Assembly: GCA_003614675.1 (NCBI GenBank)
Contig: ML002235.1
Span: 1-63,437 of the forward strand
DNA length: 63,437 nucleotides
Source: Dimargaris cristalligena
Lineage: Eukaryota
Direction: 5' to 3'
Part shown: positions 12,739 through 26,270 of the stretch, piece after piece
Position numbering within the stretch: the stretch's first letter is position 1
How the letters are laid out: each line of letters begins with the position of its first letter
The notes under the pieces: model-generated
The model's database searches: none
Seen by the model: the letters and a program-made list of their open reading frames with translations, nothing else
What the model was told of the DNA's origin: nothing
Translations under genes and position numbers: made by a program

Positions 12739-14663
12739 TCAAGGGGAAAGGTTTTCCTGTATAGCTTTCTTCCAGGCCATGTAATCCCGGTATTTTTTCG
12801 ACCGCCGGTAGTCCATATTAGGAACCATGGCGGTGATCCCGGTGATGGCCGAGGTGGCCGTTTTTAGCTGAGGCAGAGGTTTGATGGCGGCAGTGGTCGA
12901 GAATACCGGCGGTGGCATAAGATTTGTATTGGAGGTGGCGAGTGGCTGGACCTGGTCAGTAGACCCGGGGTCCACAATGAAGGGGCTCTTTGGATCATGC
13001 GTCAGGGGTAATTGGTTCTTGGCCGCGCGCGGAGTAGTAGTGGCACGCGGGGCAGGCGGCAGAGGTATTGCAATCACCACTTCGACTTCCACATTATCGA
13101 CCAAGTGATCGGTGGTCCGTGGGCGTTTAGAGGTCGGCGGCAGCGAAGGGGAAAGCAGCGTCGACGTCGTGATGGAGCTTGACCCGTTCGAGGCAGCCAC
13201 CTCCTGCAAAACGTTTTGGAGGAGGGCCACCCGCGGCCGGGATAAAGTGGGCGGTTGATTTTCATCCGAACCGGGGCCTATGACACCCAAAAGGAGACCG
13301 CCGCCCCGCCCACGGGACCGAGAGGTTAGAGTACCCGCCGGTCGTCGGGGCGGTCTTTGGGGGGTTTCCGGGGTACGCCGAGGGGTCTGGCAGCGCAGGG
13401 TAGGGCTAGCCATATGCACGTCGTCGGCCGGTGCGTCAAGAACAGCATGATCTGCATCGGAGCCATCGGCAGCGGGGGCCTTGCGCTTCATACCCTGGGT
13501 TCGACGTTGAAGGGTAGGGGACGTGGGCGCACTACGGGGTCCGGAACTTGGATTCTGACCGAGGCCGGCGGGTAGTTCCCCGTGAATACGGACCCTAGAC
13601 GTCGTTTGGGGAACAATGGCGGAATTGGCCCGCAGACCAAGTGTTTTACGGGGGGTAGCGGCGAGGCCCTTGGGACCGGCGAGTTGCTCGAGCTGCGAGG
13701 CAACCACGGATTTAAATAGTTTTAGGTACTGGTCGAATTCCCGGACGGTGGTAGAACACCGGTGGATGACTTTCATTTTGTCCACTCTTACCTAAAAGCA
13801 TATAGAGATATAGGCGTATACAATAGTTGGATACATAGGTGGGATATAGGTTGATATATAAATATGTGTGCGTGTAAGTGGATCTCAGTGCGAGACAGAT
13901 CGGAGAGACTCCAGCACACTGAAATAGCCAGCATGAGGTTCATTATAACCTCGGGATATTAAGATACCATAATTGTACATCTACTTACACTGGAGGCTTT
14001 ACAGCATAGGTAAAAACTGACCCCCAGGACAGCCGGCAACTGGGGATCGAAGTGCATCCGTTGGGCAGCCGACAGGTTAGCCGAATACAACTGAACAAAG
14101 GTATCTTTGAGCCACTCGACCTGGGGAACGAGCTGTATACTTCCGAACTGGACGGCCAATTCCTGGATGGATACATTACTACTCCAGCCCAAAATCTGGC
14201 GGGAGCGCCGTAAAAGGGCTTCGTACTGGTCTTTACGAAGACCGCTGCGGGTCCAGACATTAGGAGCGGCAATTTCCTCTAGTAATCTGGGGATACCAAT
14301 AGGTACAGAGTATGGAAGAAGGCGAGAGTAGGATTTAGAATAAAACCAAGAATAACAAGCCAATGGAGACCCACCTCCCCGTCCAGCACTGTAGGGGGGC
14401 GTGGAGTAAAATGGATTAGGGTAGTCCTAAGCCCAGAGATGGATAGAATGCACCAGGGGAGACTAAAGGACTTACTTTTCGCATGCCAGCTGGATACACA
14501 CGAGGGGTGTACCACAGCCCCAATCTTTCATTTCTGAACGGGACAGGAGCTGCTGGAGTCTCGGAAGAAGGGAAGCCCCGATGGCCAGGACGTTGGGGTT
14601 GTGGCCCAGCCCCAAGTCGGCGAGGAGCCGGCCGAAAGTAAGGTTGTCCGCCTGAAGACTCAT
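12739..14663 (-). CDS. ORC6: Origin recognition complex subunit 6; exons 14476-14663, 13989-14286, 12739-13791 (about 512 aa)
   Basis: TFIIB-like N-terminus (PLVCIQLACE, SGLRKDQY, SIQELAVQFG, FYLCCK), a long S/T-P-rich disordered middle, and the C-terminal Orc6 helix YRDYMAWKKAI; splice phases consistent. Confidence 0.88.
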
Positions 14664-14963
14664 GGGCGGCAATGGAAAATGGATCGGAGCAGGAGGGTCG
14701 GCGATGTGGGGTGGAGTTTGGGCAAAGATCGGGCTCGAGTGTGATGTATATGAGTAAAAGGGGTCGCCGACTTTCTCTATTTATATTCTTGAATTGGAAG
14801 GCAGTTTAGTAACGGCTAAGCCCTCTGGCTACGATGTATACAGAAAGTCAAATATGCGATTGCTGAGAGTGGCGGAGTGACTATTACAAGGATACGGTCA
14901 CTAAGTTGGAATGCGATTTAGGAGACGAAAGAGAACTAGAGAAATGCTGGGGACGATCAAACA

Positions 14964-14969
14964 ACGCGT
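14964..14969. promoter_or_regulatory. MCB (MluI cell-cycle box) in the ORC6 upstream region
   Basis: Perfect ACGCGT 300 nt upstream of the ORC6 ATG; further ACGCG cores near 15140 and 15341. Confidence 0.45.
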
Positions 14970-17394
14970 TGAGAGCTAATAGTCAATTCGGTGTGACCAA
15001 GGAGTAGATAGAGGCTGGGTCGGCGGTGGTTGAGCATGGCAACAACAAGCTTTGTTTACTTGGGTAATAAGCCAGTGCATATGCAATAGCTCCAGATTCC
15101 GTCGAAGCGAGGGCTCTGATTGGCCAGTCTTCTAAATGGACGCGCTTGTGGCCACACTCTCGGTTATTTTTTATAGCAGGAAACTACATAAAACTATCAA
15201 CCAACCAATCCTAGCAAATGTAAATAAGGTCGAATGGAAATAATTCCCATTTTGTCCCACCACTACGTTTGTGGTGTAATAATCTCCTATATTATCCATG
15301 GAACCCAACAGAGACACTATATAGGTGGGAAGGGTGCTTAACGCGGACATATTCGCTATTCTAGTATTATTATTATTATGACCTGGGTTATCCTGTGGAC
15401 CGGGCTAAACAACTGGATTCAAAACCTTTCCAATAAGTAAACTGCCTGATTGAAATGATGGACTACATTCCGAATAGTGGAAGGTCTAAGCGCAATTACA
15501 CCTGGTAGTAAGTGGATAAATAAAGTGGATGCCATTACAGGAAATGGAAAGTCGAACCTCCCTACCAACGCTGTATTTTCATAGCCAAGATACAGTAATA
15601 ATGATATGGCTGCTTTACTTATACCTATAAAGGTAGGCCGATTACAAGTTAAATGTTGCAGTTTAATGGTGCGTGGATTGGGTGGGGTGGCGGCTGCCTT
15701 TACACTATGAGTTAGATTGAATTACCAGCCATGTCGAAGAATTGTTTGAGTTTCACGAGGTTCATAAATGGCTGATCTACTTAGGGGGGTAAGAGGGGGA
15801 GGGATATAGTTCTGTATTAGTCGACGCCACCTTATCTATAAGTTGATTAGTGATGGATAGTGGGTTGATAAATGGGGCTGGTTTTAGCCATATGCCGTAA
15901 AATTCAATTAGAGCATCTTCGGGGTTCTTTTATATGTTTGAAAAGAGACCTTCCTATAGAGATAGACTTGCTTACATGATTTTGTATAATATCAAAGCTG
16001 GAGGTGTATTTTATATGGAGTGATTTAGGCCTTAATTCCAAGGGTATACTGGCCCTACAGCAATCTACCAGTACCACAGCGAGGTCTACTCAGAATCCCA
16101 AAAGCTGAGTGGTTGATTCAGGGTTCCCAGGAAACCCTGGTACATTTATCGCTATGCCTAACTGGAGGTAAAACTAATGAGGGTATAGAGCCCGTCTGGG
16201 TAGCTCTGCTCTATTACTTCCAGTAGGGTAGGAGTGCGATGATGATTGCCTTTGGTCCGTGATGGCGACCCACATCGAGTCGAAAGGGGTCTCCCATCGG
16301 TCCAACACCATCCATTCTAGGAGAGGCCTCTCAGTGTTCCAAATGAACAATTTTAATCGAAGCTCTGCATACGGTAGATGATAAGGAGAAGACGAGGGAA
16401 ATGGCACCGTCGTTTCACGCGATACTATCCAGCCCCGCCGGCGGTAGGATTTAATCAAGGGTATGTGGTCTAATGGGGCGTGGGGCAGGGCGGGGTAAGG
16501 GGTTCTCATGCGGTCCTGGAACACGTCAATGTAAAGGGAGGCTAGGTCCCCCACCACCCCGTTATCCATTTGACTTATCGCCAGGTTACTCAGCTTGGTG
16601 GCTGTGACGATGCATGGTTTTATTAATAAGATACACTGTGCTATGGAGACACCTCAGCCCCCCACAGGTACTCCTTCCCCTTCCCTCGTACGATGGATTG
16701 GCTGGCCGTGGTAATATCAGGCCAATTATAGTTTTTTTGACTTACGGGGACGGCCACTAATCACTCCTTCGTTGTCGAGAGGGCGTAAGATAAAGCTCGG
16801 GAGGACGGTGATCTGCGGGGCCAAGCCGGGGTCGCCTGGTGGAGACTGGGAGGTAGTTTTGTCGGACGGGGGTTGAGGGGAAAGGGATGCTACTATAAAC
16901 GGGGAGGTGGCTTTTATATCCTTGGGATGGGACTATTTTTCGGAGAGTGATTGGGAGAAGGAGTGGTCTTGACCATGAATGCGCGCATACATGGGAGGGT
17001 GGTTGTTGCCTTCGATGGTGGTGGATAATGGGAGAGTGTATGCGCATATGCGGTGGTTATACTATTGGAGCAAGGGGCCTTTTTTTTCGGCCTGGGTTGC
17101 TCGTTGCGACTTAAGAGGTCTTAAGAGGCTCCTGGTATGGCCGACGCCCCCCTCCTCTCTCCTCACTCGCTCTTTATTGCCTAGACTGGTAGTGTGTGCC
17201 TTGTGGCTTTTACTTCCTCAGGAACCGTTGTTGTTACTAGTTCATCTTTTCTTTTCCTCCATTCCCTCTATCGGCCCGTTTCTCGGACTTTCTCTATTAT
17301 TTTCATCTGCGCTACTTCTCATCTAACGCCTGTTACTTCGTTTCGGTTCCACCTTCTCCAGTTCCTCACTGCTTGATATTCCACATTCCCTGCC

Positions 17395-19328
17395 ATGTCG
17401 CCTTCTGGTAAGTCTATATTTCCTGCGGCTGCGAACCTTCTTTCCAGCTACGTAGTCGGCGTAGGCTTCCTATGTCCCACCGCCTTTGCTTCATCTGGCT
17501 AGCGTCTGGACCGTACGTAGGGTTCCGGCGGCGCTGCCGCTCTGCCGATGGCAACTGGCCCCGAACGCCTCCCAGCCAAACCCCTCTTGTTTCTCATCTC
17601 CCGCACCTATTTGTCTTGCTGTTCCGCTCCTTCCAATCGCCCGCCATCTCCACTCAGATCACACCTCCAAGGTATGTAGCTAGCTACTTGTTCTACTATA
17701 CCTTACCTGGTTTTATCGGATTATCCCACCCCGACTGCCGCAAACCATACTTGATTAAGTGGGGCTTGCTCTGCACTCATCTGGCCCCTCCCCAGCCCGT
17801 TCCCGGTCGATACTTTGGGGGCAGCTGCCAGTTATGCCATGGCTTTGGTCTATGACTAAACCTCCTGCGACTCCCTCCTTCATCACACATACAGCACATG
17901 GGTGAACTTCAACCCAACTGTATAAGATTTTACACAATATGTGTATGGGATAGTATGTGGGAGAATAACTTTTGACCAGTAATATTTACCTCATCAAATG
18001 GATTATTCATTATACAGCCTGGATGAATATCTGCCATATGCATTAAATCAAACCCTGCTAACCTCTTTGGCTCCACTACTTGAAACTACCCCTAACCTCC
18101 CTTCTAGGCTATCCCGGTCGTCAAACGGGAGCTCAATGGCTATGTTGGTTTCGCCAATTTGCCCAACCAAGTGCATCGCCGTTCCGTGAAGCGGGGCTTC
18201 CAGTTCGTCACCATGGTGGTGGGCGAGTCAGGCCTGGGTAAATCCACTCTAGTCAACACTCTCTTTAACTCTACCCTGATCCCCGATAAGGAGGAGGTTC
18301 CCCCTTCCGCCGAAACCCCTCAGACCGTGGCCATCCAAAATATCAGCGCCGATATCCAGGAAAACGGCGTTAAGCTGCGTCTGACCGTTGTCGATACCCC
18401 CGGCTTCGGTGATTTCATCAACAACGAGGAGAGCTGGAAGCCTATCCTCATGGATATTGAGTCCCGCTTCGACTCCTACCTGGCTCAGGAAACCCGCGCC
18501 AACCGGACCAAGTTCGTCGATAACCGGGTGCACGCCTGTATCTACTTCATTGCCCCTACCGGCCACTCCCTGCGCGCCATTGATATTGAATTCATGAAGC
18601 GGCTACACACCAAGGTGAATCTGATCCCCGTCATCGCCAAGTCAGATACCCTGACTGAAGAGGAGATCGAGGCCTTCAAGGGCCGCATTCTGGCCGATAT
18701 TGCCCACCACAACATCCAAATCTTCCGCCCTCTGTCCGACTCCTTCGACGACCCCGAAACCGTGGCCGAGAACCGTGAGATTCTGTCCAAGATGCCCTTC
18801 GCCATCATCGGTAGCAGCAATGACGTCGAAACCCTCGATGGCCGTAAAGTGCGTGGCCGTAAGTACCCCTGGGGTATCATCGAGGTGGATAACGAAGACC
18901 ACAACGACTTCGTTAAGCTGCGCCAGATGCTGATCCGCACCCACATGGAAGAGCTCAAGGAATATACCAACAACGCTCTCTACGAAAACTACCGCACCGC
19001 CAAGCTGCTGTCGCTGGGCAAGGTCCAGGACTCGTCTGTGTTCCGTGAATACAACCCTGTTCTCCAAATGGAAGAGGAGCGCCGGCTGCACGAGGCCAAG
19101 ATGCTGAAGATGGAGGGTGAAATGAACGCCGTGTTCCAGCAGAAGGTCCAGGAAAAGGAGCAGAAGCTGAAGCAGTCCGAAGAAGAGCTGTACGCCCGCC
19201 ACAAGGAAATGAAACTTGCCCTTGAGAAGCAGCGCCAGGACCTCGACGACAAGAAGAAGCGCCTAGAGACTACGATGCGCCCAAGTACACCTGATCGCAA
19301 GCCCAAGAAGGGATTCGGCTTCAAGTAG
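17395..19328 (+). CDS. CDC3: Septin, Cdc3/AspB type; exons 17395-17407, 17658-17671, 18108-19328 (about 415 aa)
   Basis: NGYVGFANLPNQ, GESGLGKST P-loop, DTPGFGD, AKSD, RGRKYPWG, C-terminal coiled coil; two micro-exons (13+14 nt, MSPSDHTSK) restore phase 0 into exon 3. Confidence 0.93.
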
Positions 19329-20679
19329 ATGGTGGAATATGGGCGTGCGAGAGTAGACTAAGCGAGGGTCCCTGAAGTTATGCGCTCCGCCACTATCATC
19401 CTTCGACGGCCCCTCAATAATAGCCGTGCCCATCTACTTTAATCTCTCGAGCCGCCTCACTGGTCTCACCCCATGCTTCTTTTCTTCTTATGCCCCATAC
19501 CATCTAATAGTTTTTTCGCCCGTTTTCCTACCCCTTTTATCTTAATAATACCCCGTTTGAACGATGCCACCTTCCTCGCCACTCACACATCCCGCTAGTT
19601 CCTTAACTGGCTAAGCATTCTCTCTCGCCCATTTCCCCAATCTTTCCCTATTTACTTTGGTGAGTTATCTAGTCGCTGATTGTTCGTCATCAAGCCTTCT
19701 TCGCTGATCCGATTCGGGAATGTGGGGAGGCTTATTTGTTTTTCTATATTACTGGACGGTCAACCACAGATACTCCCTCTTTGTTTTTCTCTAGCCTTCC
19801 CCTTTTCCTATTTTTCCACACCCATTGGATTTAATACACATGATTCGATACAACTCCTATCGAAACTCCAATATTCTCGCGCATCACACTTGATCTCGTC
19901 GTGATATCACCGAGTTGCTAGGGGGATAGATTTGGGAAATGGCGGTGATGTGATTTTTGCGTTTTATTATTTTCAAATACCTAATTTCGCCTATACCCGT
20001 CTTTATATTTTTAATTATTATTTCCGGATTAACTTTTATTTACTTTATTACCAACTTGCTCTTTGAGCATCTCAGACTATCCGTCTGGTTATGATCGTTA
20101 CCCCCCTATTTCAATACCATGCCTTTTTTCGTTTGTCACGAGTAGGCTTTAGGCCTAGCTTCTTTCTTTTTCTCCTTCCCCACCCTCTTTACTTTTACTG
20201 GCCATCTTGATTATCCGTACTTCTTTAGCGACTTCAATATACCCCAAGTCACATACACACACCCACACCGCTCTTTTTCCTTAATAGTTTCTAATGATTT
20301 TATACATTTATAATGAAATGCCGTTATTTATTAATCCGTCCAATCTCTGGCCCCATGATATTGCTAGGAGTTGGTTGTCTACATGCTCAGACAAACAAAT
20401 GATTTAAGGGATGCTAGGCCTTGTTGCATATTGGGGAATAATGAGTGTGCTATTCATGAAAAAATATAATGAGTGCGAGACCAATGAAATGTAAATTTTC
20501 GTACTACCACCGAGTATATAAAGTAGTCCACCTAACGAATATGGGGCGTGAATGAAAGGGACCACAGCAGATTATCGTACAGGAATAGATTTCATACCCG
20601 CTATGGCTCTACCTATTTGATGCGGGAAAGCGGGGGGGAAAATGAGGGGGGGGGGGGGGGCACTAAAACCCTGTCAGCC

Positions 20680-20714
<35 letters not shown>

Positions 20715-20722
20715 TAGATATT

Positions 20723-23462
20723 CTAGATATTTACCCTATCTAGGATCTCGGTCAATTTAAGCGAGTAGTCCGAGTGGTAGGCCACGATGTCACTCAGGTC
20801 TACATTCTCGATCCGACCATCGGGGTTAGCCACAGCATCATCAACGCCCGTCAGTCCAATCATGTGGATACTCAGGGCCTGGACCCGATACAGGTAGGCC
20901 AAGATCCAGTCATTGGTCGAATAGCCCACGACAATGCGCCGGGCCACCACCCGCCGGACGGCGGCCCAGGAATCCCGTTGGTTACCCTGGAACGGTCCGC
21001 CCAACAAGACAACGCTGTCGATGAGCCCTTCATTGGCCGGATTTTGGGCCAATACCTGGAGACAGCGGAAAATGGTGAGTGCCCCGAGGGAGTAACCCAC
21101 GAGGATGGTGGGTCGATTGCCCTGGGGTTGGGGTTCTATTTCTTCTTTGCCATCTCTTCCTCCACCTTCGGCTCGGCGGCGAAGGACGTCCGCCAACACT
21201 TCCCCCGCTTTAGTGGCCCGATTTAGGCCCACGGCCCAGGGATTGTCGATGATTTGCGCCATTTTCACAATAGCAAACGGCCACGCCAGCGCGGACATGA
21301 GGGTCGCCAATACGGTTTGTTGGAGTACCGTGGTGGCGGCGTAAGTGACGGCTTCGGTACCGACCAAATCGCGGAAAGCGGTACCCACTTCGAGGAGGGC
21401 GGTGGTTTCGAAATGCAGGACGTAGGCGTCGGTGGGGTGGGGCGGTTGGCGGCGGCCGGGATGGTGATAGTAATAGGGGAGCCAGAGGGAACGGGCTTCG
21501 GCGGTATCAACGGTTAGGAACCCCGGGACGAGAATGGTCGCCACGAGTGAGGGGATGGGTAGGCGGTCTTCCGGGCGAATGAGATCTTCGAAATAGAACT
21601 CGGAGAGACCGCGGACCCGCCGGCTCATGCGATAGCCTGTCGAGCGTGGGTGAGTAAATAACATTACATAATTGGCAGAATAGCAGTGGTTCATAAACAT
21701 AATTTCAGGTATATATATATAATTCCACCTAAATTCATGGACGGTGATGGTCTAGCCATTTTTAAATCAGGATCCCATTTATCACCCCGTCATATCCTTA
21801 GAAGAGGGGTATATATATATATACAGACTATTACGCCGGTTTTTCTTACCTGTTAGACCGCCCCCCGCTAACCCAAACAATGACCCGATCAACGCCGCAC
21901 CGCCCGCGGTCGACAAGAAGGCCAGGCCCGTAATGCTCAGCGCCCCTAATCCAGCCACCACCAGGGGGGTAGCCAACCCGGCCGTCAGCCCAATCGCGGT
22001 GGCCCCCAACACCGTGGCCGCTCCGGTCGCCACGTATTTCCAGAACCGGTTTTTCTGGCGGGTCTGGGCCATGGCGGATGCGGCGGTATCCCGGTGCTGC
22101 AGGAGAATGGAGTTGGGGGCCGTTGATGTCGATACCCCTCCGGCCGCTTTGGATTGTTGGGCAACGGCTTCTTCTAGCGTCATGAAGAGGGATTGGGAAG
22201 CCCATTTCTCGGCTTCCAGAACGCGTCGGTAGCCATCCCCATTTCCGTTACCTTGCGTATCCGTGGTTACGGCCTTGGTCATGATGGAAACATCGGAACT
22301 GGTACTGATACTGGGACTATTACTGGTACTGTTATCATTGCTATTAGTATTGCTACTACTAACCCCTCTCCCATTGACAGGGGGTTGGGAGTCGGGGTTG
22401 AAATCCAGTAGTGTATTAACGGCCCAGAGAACCGCCCGCGACCGGGCATCGTAGGCAAACATATATTTCTGGGGGTCGAAGTCAATCGGCGGGGATTCCG
22501 ATGAAGCGGAGGAGTGGGAGGGAGCCATGGAGGTCGATTTGGAGTGGGTCGGAGAAGCCGAGGGGGACGCGGGGATTGATGTGGATGTCGGGGAGCCTGC
22601 GGTGGGGATATCCAGACTATCGGTTGCCGGATCGGGGCCTATGGATCCCGCCGAGGACGAGGTAGTGGGATCGGGAGAGGCGGCTCGCTCCCGAGGAGTG
22701 TCGTACTCGGAATCAAACTTGGCCATATCCACGCTAAACAAAGTGGCGACGGGGGATTTAATGACCTGATGACTGCCGAATTCGGTTCCTTTATCCATAG
22801 CCTCCTTGATGGGGGACAAGCCGGCGGCGGGATTAACCGGCGACAACGAAGACGCCCCGGGATCTAGGCGGGGCTCGGGTTCGCTGGGGGGTGGGATGTG
22901 GGAAAAGCCCAGGGCCACCAGCAGAATGTTCATGAGGATAATTTCCCGTAGGGGCTGCTGGTGGGGTTGGGTTTCGTCGCCCCCTTTTAGAGCGGCTTTT
23001 GCTTCTTCTTGCTGGAGGTGTTCCGCAATGATCATAATCAGTGCCGTTTGATCTTGCTGTGATTCGGCCTGGGGGAATAAATCGGGGTCTATTGCGTCGA
23101 TTTATTAAGGAGGGAGGAGGGGTAAACATATTGAAATAATGGTATCCAGTGCATTAGACCTTATAAGTCAATGGATAAGAGGGGAAAGGGTTCCAGACGA
23201 CAGCACCACCGAGGTGTTTTGCGGGGTGTGGTGTGGCGTGGTAAGGAGAGGGTGGGTTAGTGAGGGTATGGTACTTACCGATATCGTCCAACCCGAACCA
23301 GTTGTATACAGCCTGGTTGAAATGGGCCAGCCATTCGGTAGGCCGGCTATCGCTATGGCCATCCACCCGCCGGGCCACTTGGGTACATAGCATCGCCAGC
23401 GAAACACGCAGAGACGAAGGCCATTGCAACAGGGTTCGCCGGTACTGAAAGAGTCTATCCAT
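20723..23462 (-). CDS. TMCO4/DUF726 family membrane protein with alpha/beta-hydrolase-like C-terminus; exons 23279-23462, 21850-23088, 20723-21636 (about 778 aa)
   Basis: YDARSR motif, Gly/Ala-rich TM region (GLTAGLATP...LFGLAGGGLTG), IDNPW...RA.KAG.VLAD, GNRP..LVGYSLGA, YSTNDWIL. Confidence 0.88.
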
Positions 23463-24290
23463 GCGAGTTGCTATATATATATATTTGTAAGAGAAGAGAA
23501 AGTATGGGTCGAAGTAGAATAGCTGAGGAATTCCTTGCGATTGAAACCAGGGAATGGCGTGCAATGAAACGGGACTGGACTAGGAAGGGTGTGGGCTATT
23601 TCAACAGGCGACCTGCGTGGTTTAAGAAGTGCTAATGCCAAGACAGGTAGCCTTTTACAAGTGTTTCTGACTGGGGCATACGTATGCCCTAGAATCGAGC
23701 CCTGTCTGGCAAAGGCCGAGTGTGTCCTTTCCACCAGCGTGAATTTCAATGGTAATATGGGTGGGTGTAATAGCCAACCCCGCGATTGCACCCAAATTCA
23801 GTTTGATAACTTATTGGTTATTTCCCTATAAGTGTCTCATCAATTCTTAAGACTTCTATTTGATAGTCACACAAATGGTCTAAAGGACTATTACTGTAGA
23901 ATTGTCTTTGGACGTATATGTGTATGTGCCAGCTAGCCAGAAGCAGCTCTTAGCCAGCCTTTCTTAGTGATCCATCAGCACTAATGTGCACAGATATGTG
24001 GGCTGTGTATTGTCTAACCACCACCACTTACTATAGCTTTCCCATCTCCACATTCCCTGGGGTTTCAGCCCCCTGGGCTATTATTAAGCCGGTCGTTGAA
24101 AAGGGAGAAACGGCCAGGAGGGGTGGATGAGTTAAGGGCATATTGTTCCACGTCGTCCACGGTCACCCACCCCCACTGGTTTCCTTCTGGGTCTCTTCTA
24201 CTCTTGTATAGCGTATAACTTACGCATCACCTTGCCCTCAATTGCTTGCACTTTTATTTATCCCGCCCACAAAACTCAGCCACCGTGGAC

Positions 24291-25878
24291 ATGAGCGATA
24301 TCCAAGTGAGCCGCCTCTTTGTCTATCCCGTCAAGTCGTGCGCCGGAGTCCCCGTCACGCAGGCCCAAGTGTCCCAAAGTAAGCTGTCTAGCCGCTTAGC
24401 CTATGAGTTCTATTCTACGCGCCATTTAATCAACCGTATCCTAATTGGCTGTGCGACCCTTATAATACCCCCACCTTCCACCCTTCGAACCTGAAACACC
24501 GGACATCCCACTGACGTAGCGGGGCTTCAATGGGATCGTCAGTGGATGGTGACCGACGAAAATTACAAATTCCTGACCCAGCGCCAGGTCGGACGTATGG
24601 CGTTGGTCAAGCCCATGTTTACGGGTATAGTCCCGGAACGGGAGGGTATCTGGCCGGCGGAGAGCGCCAATTCCAACGAAATAGCCGCCTCCTCCCAATC
24701 ACCCCAACTAATCCTAACCACCACCAACTCGAGCACGGGTACCGGTACCAGCAAACTGCCCATGGCTACCGTTGCTGTACCGCTGTACCGTTCCGAATCA
24801 AAACGGGCGCAAGAGACCCCGGTGGAGGTCCAGGTATGGGCCGATATCGTCCCGGCCTACGACGAAGGAAACGAAGTGGCCCGTTGGCTGTCCGCGTTCC
24901 TGGGCCGCCCGGTCCGACTCGTCCGGTATGTCATTGAACAAGGCCAGCGACGTACTAAAGTGTGCCGACCCACTTCAGTGGATATTCAGCAGGCCCGGTT
25001 GCAGGGCTCGGAAGTCGATCCCGCTGGTAAACTCCGGGCCCTGCAGACTCCACCCACGCCCACTGGCAGTGGTAGCAATAGTAGTAGTGATGGTGATGGT
25101 GATAATGCCCCCGAGTGGCCCGGGCGGATTATGCTGTCAGATGATGCGCCGATTTTAATGGCGTCCGAGCTGTCGTTGGCGGATTTGAATGAGCGGTTGG
25201 AAACGCCGGTGGATATACGCCATTTCCGACCGAACATTTTAATTAACGACCAGGTGACATCGGACACTGCAAAGAGCCCGTCATCAACATCAACATTATC
25301 AGCATCGTCCTCGCCCTTGTCAACATCCCCGTCCCTTTTAACACCTTTTCAGGAGGAAACCTGGTGCCGAATTACCATTGTTCCCCAGGATAAAGCGGCT
25401 CCCCGGACTAGCGAAACCAACTCCACGCCAGTTCCAACTACGTTGCTAGTGACGTCCCGGTGCACCCGGTGTGTTCTGACCAACAACAACCCTGATACAG
25501 GGATTGCCAACCCTAAGCACCAGCCTTTGAAAACCCTCATGAGTTACCGGCGGGTTGATCCGGGGGACAAGTACCACAGCTGTTTCGGCATGAACTGCGT
25601 GCCCGTTCGCTCAGGTAGGTTTGAGGAACTAACCGTTCCCAGCTGAGTGTAATTTTTTTTTAAAAAAAAATTGAGATTGGGTTTTCGGATCAAGGCTGCC
25701 GGGGGGGGGGGCTGAGCCTCTATATCCACTATACCCAAAATACTTATGTCGGGGAATTATATCTTACTTATAATACCATCCATTAAACTATTGCTGCATT
25801 ATAGGACAATCAATCTCTGTCGGCGATCGAGTTTATGTTCAAGCCACTGGTAAGCATTGCCGAGTAGCGACCGCCTAG
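24291..25878 (+). CDS. MOSC-domain protein (mARC/YcbX-like); exons 24291-24378, 24520-25614, 25805-25878
   Basis: LFVYPVKSC, DRQWMV, FLTQRQ, WLSAFLG, SLADLNERL, FRPNI, CTRCVLT, PLKTLMSYR, FGMN, ISVGD. Confidence 0.9.
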
Positions 25879-26270
25879 AACGAGAATCGAGTCCCTTTAT
25901 ATAGCTTATATTACATTTTTTGGTGTTTCATTATCATTGCAGTCAGTTAGTCAGTGTAGTACAGCATAGCCCAAGATCAATTGTATGTTGGATATTTTTT
26001 AATACAGTCCAGCCATTTATAAAAAGAAAAATCGACCCCCAATTAATTTCACGGGGGTAAACTCAACTACCAGAAATAGATCATATGATACCTATGGGGA
26101 GGAGTTTAGTATCAAAACACCTAAAGTATGTTTATTCAACTTAGGGAGAACGAATGGGGGGCACGGGAGAGAAGGGCAAAAATAAAAATGGCCACGAGGC
26201 AAATTGATGGAAAGGGGGGGGGATACATGTAGATTCGATACGGGATTAAACTAAGTAGAGGATCCCTTAT

